DNA of 64,000 bases, from positions 6,433-70,432 of the forward strand of contig JAGAMY010000005.1 of assembly GCA_017624495.1 (NCBI GenBank). The letters are read 5' to 3'. Positions 59,206 to 64,000 of the stretch are shown piece by piece; the stretch's first letter is position 1, and each line of letters starts with the position of its first letter. Under the pieces are notes generated by a model, which saw only the letters and a list, made by a program, of their open reading frames with translations, searched no databases and had not been told where the DNA came from. Source of the DNA: Lachnospiraceae bacterium (GTDB lineage Bacteria > Bacillota > Clostridia > Lachnospirales > Lachnospiraceae). A program made the translations under genes and the position numbers.

Positions 59206-59786
59206 GATTGAAATATTATTTGCGGGGAATAGGAATAGGTGTTTTTTTTACTACAATTATATTTATGATTTCTATTTCCATGCATAAAGAAGAGTTTGTA
59301 CAGACAGTGCCGGAAACTGAAGAGGTGGCTGCTGGTACTGTGGCTGATTTGCAGGAAAGTATTTTGGAAGAAGAGGTGCCAGAAACAGAAACTTCCAAAG
59401 AAATATTGGAAAATACAGAAACGGAAAGTGCAGATAGTGAGAATATAGAAGATACAGAAATAGAAAATGTCAGCACAGAAAGCACAGAAACAGAAGCTTT
59501 AGAAACAGAGGGAGAAACGGAAAAAGAACTGGAGGAGTCAGAAGATAGTAATACAGGGAGTGTTACTATTCAGGTTGAAGCAGGTGAGTTTTCGGATCAG
59601 GTTTGTGTGAAGCTGCGTGAGGCAGGTTTGGTAGAAGATGCATGGGATTTTAATGTTTATCTTATGGGCATTGACTATGATAATCTTATTCGTCCGGGAA
59701 CTTATGATATTCCTGTGGGCGCAAGCTATGAAGAAATTGCAGATGTACTTGTACCATGGAAGAAAGCAGCGGAGACATCAGAGTAG
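59202..59786 (+). CDS. Membrane protein with acidic linker and MltG/YceG N-terminal-like domain (no catalytic domain)
   Basis: YLRGIGIG plus TM, E/T-rich linker, VTIQVEAG..S..V...L.EAGLV.DA..F..YL......IRPGTY.IP.GASYEEIA. Confidence 0.7.
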   Translation: MRLKYYLRGIGIGVFFTTIIFMISISMHKEEFVQTVPETEEVAAGTVADLQESILEEEVPETETSKEILENTETESADSENIEDTEIENVSTESTETEALETEGETEKELEESEDSNTGSVTIQVEAGEFSDQVCVKLREAGLVEDAWDFNVYLMGIDYDNLIRPGTYDIPVGASYEEIADVLVPWKKAAETSE

Positions 59787-59804
59787 AATAAGGAGGTAAA
59801 TACT

Positions 59805-60254
59805 ATGCAATTACTAACATTTATGCTGGGGGATGTAAAGTTTGGGATTGAGCTAGAACAGGTAAAGTCGATTGAGCAGAAAATGCAGATAGTAAGTGTT
59901 CCCAATGTTCGACCTTATATAAGAGGTATCATGAATTTACATGGAAATGTTATACCGGTGTATAGTTTGCCTGTAAAATTTGGATATGAAAATGTTAAAG
60001 TAGAAAATATTATTGTTGTTGAAGAGAATGGCATGCGGATTGGCTTTGAAGTATGTAAGGTGCAGGAAATATTAAATGTTTCTGATAAGGATGTACATGT
60101 GATGCCGGCGATTATCAAGCATAGCCAGAATTGTTTTTCAGAAGTAGCGAGCAGTAATAAAAATCTGATAGTAACATTGGATGTAGGAAACTTACTTACA
60201 GAAGAAGAACGTGAAGATATGCAAAAAATGCTTGCAAACGAAGAAACAGTATGA
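59805..60254 (+). CDS. cheW: Second CheW-family protein
   Basis: FGIELEQV.SI, VPN..PYIRGIMNLHGNVIPV. Confidence 0.85.
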   Translation: MQLLTFMLGDVKFGIELEQVKSIEQKMQIVSVPNVRPYIRGIMNLHGNVIPVYSLPVKFGYENVKVENIIVVEENGMRIGFEVCKVQEILNVSDKDVHVMPAIIKHSQNCFSEVASSNKNLIVTLDVGNLLTEEEREDMQKMLANEETV

Positions 60255-60260
60255 TATACT
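60232..60260 (+). promoter_or_regulatory. sigma-A promoter of rpsB-tsf
   Basis: TTGCAA-17bp-TATACT with extended TG; the -35 lies inside the 3' end of cheW2. Confidence 0.65.
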
Positions 60261-60289
60261 TTCTAAGGTTTTGTGTAAGCAAAATCATC

Positions 60290-60375
60290 AAACACATATG
60301 CGGATGATGAAACAGGTGCCGGAAACGGTGTTTCATGAAAGGAAGTATATGGAAGAAAACAACCACATGGAGGTA
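60290..60375 (+). promoter_or_regulatory. rpsB (S2) 5' leader, probable autoregulatory RNA structure
   Basis: ACACATATGC...GTATATG outer stem; ATGAAACA...TGTTTCAT stem; CCG-GAAA-CGG GNRA hairpin; AACC..ATGGAGG at RBS. Confidence 0.6.
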
Positions 60376-60380
60376 AGAAA

Positions 60381-61112
60381 ATGAGCGTTATTACAATGAA
60401 ACAGTTACTCGAAGCAGGTGTTCACTTTGGACATCAGACAAGAAGATGGAATCCTAAAATGGCTCCATACATCTACACAGAAAGAAATGGTATTTATATC
60501 ATTGACTTACAGAAGTCTGTAGGTAAAGTAGATGAAGCTTACAAAGCAGTAGCAGATATCGCAGCAGAAGGCGGTACAATTCTTTTTGTTGGTACAAAGA
60601 AACAGGCGCAGGATGCTATCAAAGTTGAAGCAGAGCGTTGTGGAATGTACTATGTAAATGAGAGATGGTTAGGTGGTATGTTAACAAACTTCAAAACTAT
60701 CCAGAGTCGTATTGCAAGATTAAAAGAAATTGAAGCAATGGCAGAAGATGGTACATTTGAAGTATTACCTAAGAAAGAAGTTATTGCTCTCAAAAAAGAA
60801 TGGGATAAATTAGAGAAAAACCTTGGTGGTATCAAGGATATGAAGAAACTTCCGGATGCAATTTTTGTAGTAGATCCTAAGAAGGAAAGAATTTGTATTC
60901 AGGAAGCGCATACATTAGGTATTCCATTAATCGGTATTGCTGATACAAACTGTGATCCTGAAGAATTAGATTATGTAATCCCAGGTAACGATGATGCTAT
61001 TCGTGCAGTTAAATTAATCGTTTCCAAAATGGCAGATGCAGTAATCGAAGCAAATCAGGGAAATATTGAAGTTGATGAAACAGAAATCGCTGAAGAAGCA
61101 GTAGAAGCATAA
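60381..61112 (+). CDS. rpsB: 30S ribosomal protein S2
   Basis: [42 protein letters not shown]. Confidence 0.99.
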   Translation: MSVITMKQLLEAGVHFGHQTRRWNPKMAPYIYTERNGIYIIDLQKSVGKVDEAYKAVADIAAEGGTILFVGTKKQAQDAIKVEAERCGMYYVNERWLGGMLTNFKTIQSRIARLKEIEAMAEDGTFEVLPKKEVIALKKEWDKLEKNLGGIKDMKKLPDAIFVVDPKKERICIQEAHTLGIPLIGIADTNCDPEELDYVIPGNDDAIRAVKLIVSKMADAVIEANQGNIEVDETEIAEEAVEA

Positions 61113-61133
61113 GATTAATTGGAGGACAATAAA

Positions 61134-62069
61134 ATGGCTATTACAGCAGCAATGGTAAAAGAACTGCGTGAATTATCCGGCGCAGGTATGATGGATTGTA
61201 AAAAAGCATTAAATGAAACAAATGGAAATATGGATGAAGCTATGGAGTTCTTAAGAAAGAACGGACAGGCAAAAGCTGAGAAAAAAGCTTCCCGTATTGC
61301 AGCAGAAGGTATTGTTAAAGTTGCAGTTGACGGTGCTACAGCAGCAATCGTTGAAGTAAACTCTGAAACAGACTTCGTTGCTAAAAACGAAAAATTCCAG
61401 ACATATGTAGAAAAAGTTGCAAATCAGGCTTTGGCTACAAATGCAGCAGATATGGATGCATTTATGGAAGAAGCATGGGTAGAAGACAACGCTAAAACTG
61501 TAAAAGACGTATTAGTAGAACAGGTTGCAGTTATCGGTGAGAACTTAAAAATCAGAAGATTTGAAAAAGTTACTGCTGAAAATGGTTGTGTTGTAGATTA
61601 CATCCATGGTGGTGGACGTATCGGTGTTGTTGTAGTTGCTGAAACAGCTACAGTAAACGATACTGTAACAGAAGCAATGAAAAATATCGCTATGCAGATT
61701 GCAGCTTTAAATCCAAAATATGTGGATAGAAGTGAAGTTAGTGCTGAATTTATCGAGCATGAAAAAGAAATTTTAAAAGCACAGATTATGAACGATCCAA
61801 AAGAATCCCAGAAACCGGAAAAGGTTATCAATGGAATGATCGAAGGTCGTATCAGCAAAGAATTAAAAGAAATCTGCTTAGTAGATCAGGTTTACGTTAA
61901 AGCAGAAGATGGAAAACAGACTGTAGCAAAATATTTAGAAGCTGTTTCTAAAGAAGTTGGTACAACTGTATCTGTTAAGAAATTCATCCGTTTTGAAACA
62001 GGTGAAGGTCTTGAAAAGAAAAATGAAGACTTTGCAGCAGAAGTTGCAGCTCAGATGGCTGGAAACTAG
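61134..62069 (+). CDS. tsf: Elongation factor Ts
   Basis: ITAAMVKELRE.SGAGMMDCKKAL, EVNSETDFVAKN, FIRFETGEG. Confidence 0.98.
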   Translation: MAITAAMVKELRELSGAGMMDCKKALNETNGNMDEAMEFLRKNGQAKAEKKASRIAAEGIVKVAVDGATAAIVEVNSETDFVAKNEKFQTYVEKVANQALATNAADMDAFMEEAWVEDNAKTVKDVLVEQVAVIGENLKIRRFEKVTAENGCVVDYIHGGGRIGVVVVAETATVNDTVTEAMKNIAMQIAALNPKYVDRSEVSAEFIEHEKEILKAQIMNDPKESQKPEKVINGMIEGRISKELKEICLVDQVYVKAEDGKQTVAKYLEAVSKEVGTTVSVKKFIRFETGEGLEKKNEDFAAEVAAQMAGN

Positions 62070-62083
62070 GTAAAGTATGTTAT

Positions 62084-62123
62084 ACACCATTACTTATAGC
62101 AATATAGGTAGTGGTGTTTTTTT
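62084..62123 (+). terminator. Intrinsic terminator after tsf
   Basis: ACACCATTACTTATA...TATAGGTAGTGGTGT followed by a T-tract. Confidence 0.8.
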
Positions 62124-62132
62124 ACTTTATGC

Positions 62133-62161
62133 TTGTATAAATTGTTTGTACAAATTATAAT
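62133..62161 (+). promoter_or_regulatory. sigma-A promoter of MCP gene with overlapping inverted repeat
   Basis: TTGTAT-17bp-TATAAT; TTGTATAAA-TTG-TTTGTACAA near-palindrome covers the -35 and spacer. Confidence 0.5.
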
Positions 62162-62198
62162 ATAAGATATAAGTATAGTGTGAAAGGGAGAGTTCTAC

Positions 62199-63971
62199 AT
62201 GAAAAAGAAGACAAAAGATAACATTATGGTTACAACGATTGAAGATGGTATTAAAAAGAATAACAAAATTATGACAAAGGTTATGACTGCATTAGTTGCT
62301 TTTACAGCGGTGAGTTTATTAACATTAGGAACATTGGCTTTACAGGTTAAGAGTAATGCAGAAAGTGCAATTAGTGTTGAGGGAGCAAATGGTATCCAAA
62401 GTGAATGGACATATGATGTGATTCGCTCGGTAACAAATGGAACTCCTTTAAGTGTGGAATTAGATTCTGCGAAGTGTGAATTTGCAGATTGGTATGCGAA
62501 TTATGCAGGAGCATCTATAGGTGACAGTTCTGTACAAGCTGCATTTGATACAGCAATTCAAAATCATACAGAGCTTCATTCTATAGCTAAAGAAGCTGTA
62601 GATGCCAATGCGGAGTCGACAGGTGCAGTGATAGATAAAATGATAAGTAAACAGAAGGAAATTCATGATAATATGAACGTTGTTTCTGCCTATCATGCAG
62701 AAAAAGAAAAAAGTACCTATAGCATATTTGTATTAGTAATTAATTTTTCCCTTATAGTAAATATTCTTTTAGCAATTACAACGCCACGTTATATTCGTAA
62801 AGCATCTAAGACGCTTTCAAATACAATTGCAGAACCGATTAATGCAGTTGCAAAATGGGCAACGGATTTGTCTATGGGCTCGGACGAGCTTGCATTTGAT
62901 GATGCGCAGACGAATTTGACAGAAATCAATCAAATGATTGAGGCTTTTCGGGTTATGGCGCAAAGCATACAGGAAAATGTTCATGTTGTACAACGTGTAG
63001 CAGAAGGAGACATGACTGCTTTTGTAAATATTCGTTCATCGAAAGACAGTCTTGCGAAAAATCTTTATAAAATGGTACAGACAAACGATTTAATGTTTAA
63101 TGAGATTACGCAGATTGCTCAGGGAGTTGCAGCTAGTGCGGATGATATTGCAAATGCAAGTAATTCTTTAGCAAGTAGCTGTACACAACAGGTACATAGT
63201 ATCACAGATTTCAGAGAAGCCGTTGAAGAAACTGCCACACTTTTGAATATGAGTGTAGAGAAAATTAACGAGTCAAAATCTCTTTCAGATACTATCAAAG
63301 GCGAGATTGCACTTAGTAACGAAAAAATGCAGCATTTGATTACTGCTATGGGAGATATTTTAGAATCTTCAGAGAAAATTTTTGCTGTTATCTCAACGAT
63401 AGAAGATATTGCAGACCAGACAAACTTACTGGCATTAAATGCAGCTATTGAGGCAGCAAGAGCTGGTGAAGCAGGAAGAGGATTTGCAGTTGTTGCTGGT
63501 GAAGTAGGAAGTCTTGCGACGCAAAGTGCTAATGCTGTAGTAGAAAGCAGAAAGCTGATTGAAGATACTATTCAAAAGGCAAATATCGGTAATGATATAA
63601 CAAATGATACATCTGAAACATTTAAAATGATTATTAAGAGTGTAGATGCCATTTACAAGTGTAATGATGAAATGGGCGATATAGGACAGCATCAGAAAGA
63701 GCAATTGAATATGATAGGAGCAGATATTCAGGCAATCTCAGATGCAGTGGATGCAAATGCCGCTGTGAGCCAGGAAACAGCAGCAGCCTGTGATGTATTG
63801 AATGAAAATGCAGAGAATTTAAGAGCTGCCATGGGCAAATTCAATCTTCGTAAACGTGAACCTGGAAAAGCATATATTCCACCAGAGAAACAGCATGATG
63901 AAGAATTTAAAATGCTTGCACAGAGTAATTATGAAACTGCTGTAAAAGAGGGACGTATCACGTTAGAGTAA
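62199..63971 (+). CDS. Methyl-accepting chemotaxis protein (2 TM, CZB-like sensor region, HAMP, signalling domain)
   Basis: [33 protein letters not shown] hairpin tip; D...CEFADWY and HTELH between two TM helices. Confidence 0.93.
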   Translation: MKKKTKDNIMVTTIEDGIKKNNKIMTKVMTALVAFTAVSLLTLGTLALQVKSNAESAISVEGANGIQSEWTYDVIRSVTNGTPLSVELDSAKCEFADWYANYAGASIGDSSVQAAFDTAIQNHTELHSIAKEAVDANAESTGAVIDKMISKQKEIHDNMNVVSAYHAEKEKSTYSIFVLVINFSLIVNILLAITTPRYIRKASKTLSNTIAEPINAVAKWATDLSMGSDELAFDDAQTNLTEINQMIEAFRVMAQSIQENVHVVQRVAEGDMTAFVNIRSSKDSLAKNLYKMVQTNDLMFNEITQIAQGVAASADDIANASNSLASSCTQQVHSITDFREAVEETATLLNMSVEKINESKSLSDTIKGEIALSNEKMQHLITAMGDILESSEKIFAVISTIEDIADQTNLLALNAAIEAARAGEAGRGFAVVAGEVGSLATQSANAVVESRKLIEDTIQKANIGNDITNDTSETFKMIIKSVDAIYKCNDEMGDIGQHQKEQLNMIGADIQAISDAVDANAAVSQETAAACDVLNENAENLRAAMGKFNLRKREPGKAYIPPEKQHDEEFKMLAQSNYETAVKEGRITLE

Positions 63972-64000
63972 GTAGAAGAATTTTTATGAAAATGTAGAAA

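Noticed and set aside
1-64000. Numerous 60-170 aa antisense or alternative-frame ORFs; CRISPR arrays, tRNA/rRNA, transposases
   Set aside because: The short ORFs lie within well-supported genes and lack RBSs or motifs. No repeat-spacer array, structural RNA gene or transposase motif was seen.

Overview
Low-GC (AT-rich) chromosomal window from a Clostridia-class firmicute; gene content and order suggest Lachnospiraceae (inference). Left third: end of an uncharacterised four-gene operon (DUF5717-like fragment, atypical Hsp70-like protein, TPR protein, membrane coiled-coil protein), gltX, a UvrD/PcrA-type helicase, a three-gene signalling cassette (TraX-fused diguanylate cyclase, hybrid histidine kinase with Hpt, double-receiver protein), a GlgX-like protein lacking its catalytic residues, trpS, rluA, a pro-sequence-less sigK, comM-dprA-topA and codY. 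About 25.3-60.3 kb is a large fla/che cluster (flgB through fliA plus accessory genes), split by a strong terminator after flgE. It is followed by rpsB-tsf and an unusual chemoreceptor. No rRNA, tRNA, CRISPR array, transposase or prophage gene was seen. Best leads: a compact structured element between the TIGR02530-type gene (RelE/DUF4258-like motif) and flgE, the Hsp70-like/TPR operon, the TraX-GGDEF fusion, the GH13 pseudoenzyme, and a structured GC-rich insert between topA and codY. Family names were recognised from motifs by eye, not from database searches.
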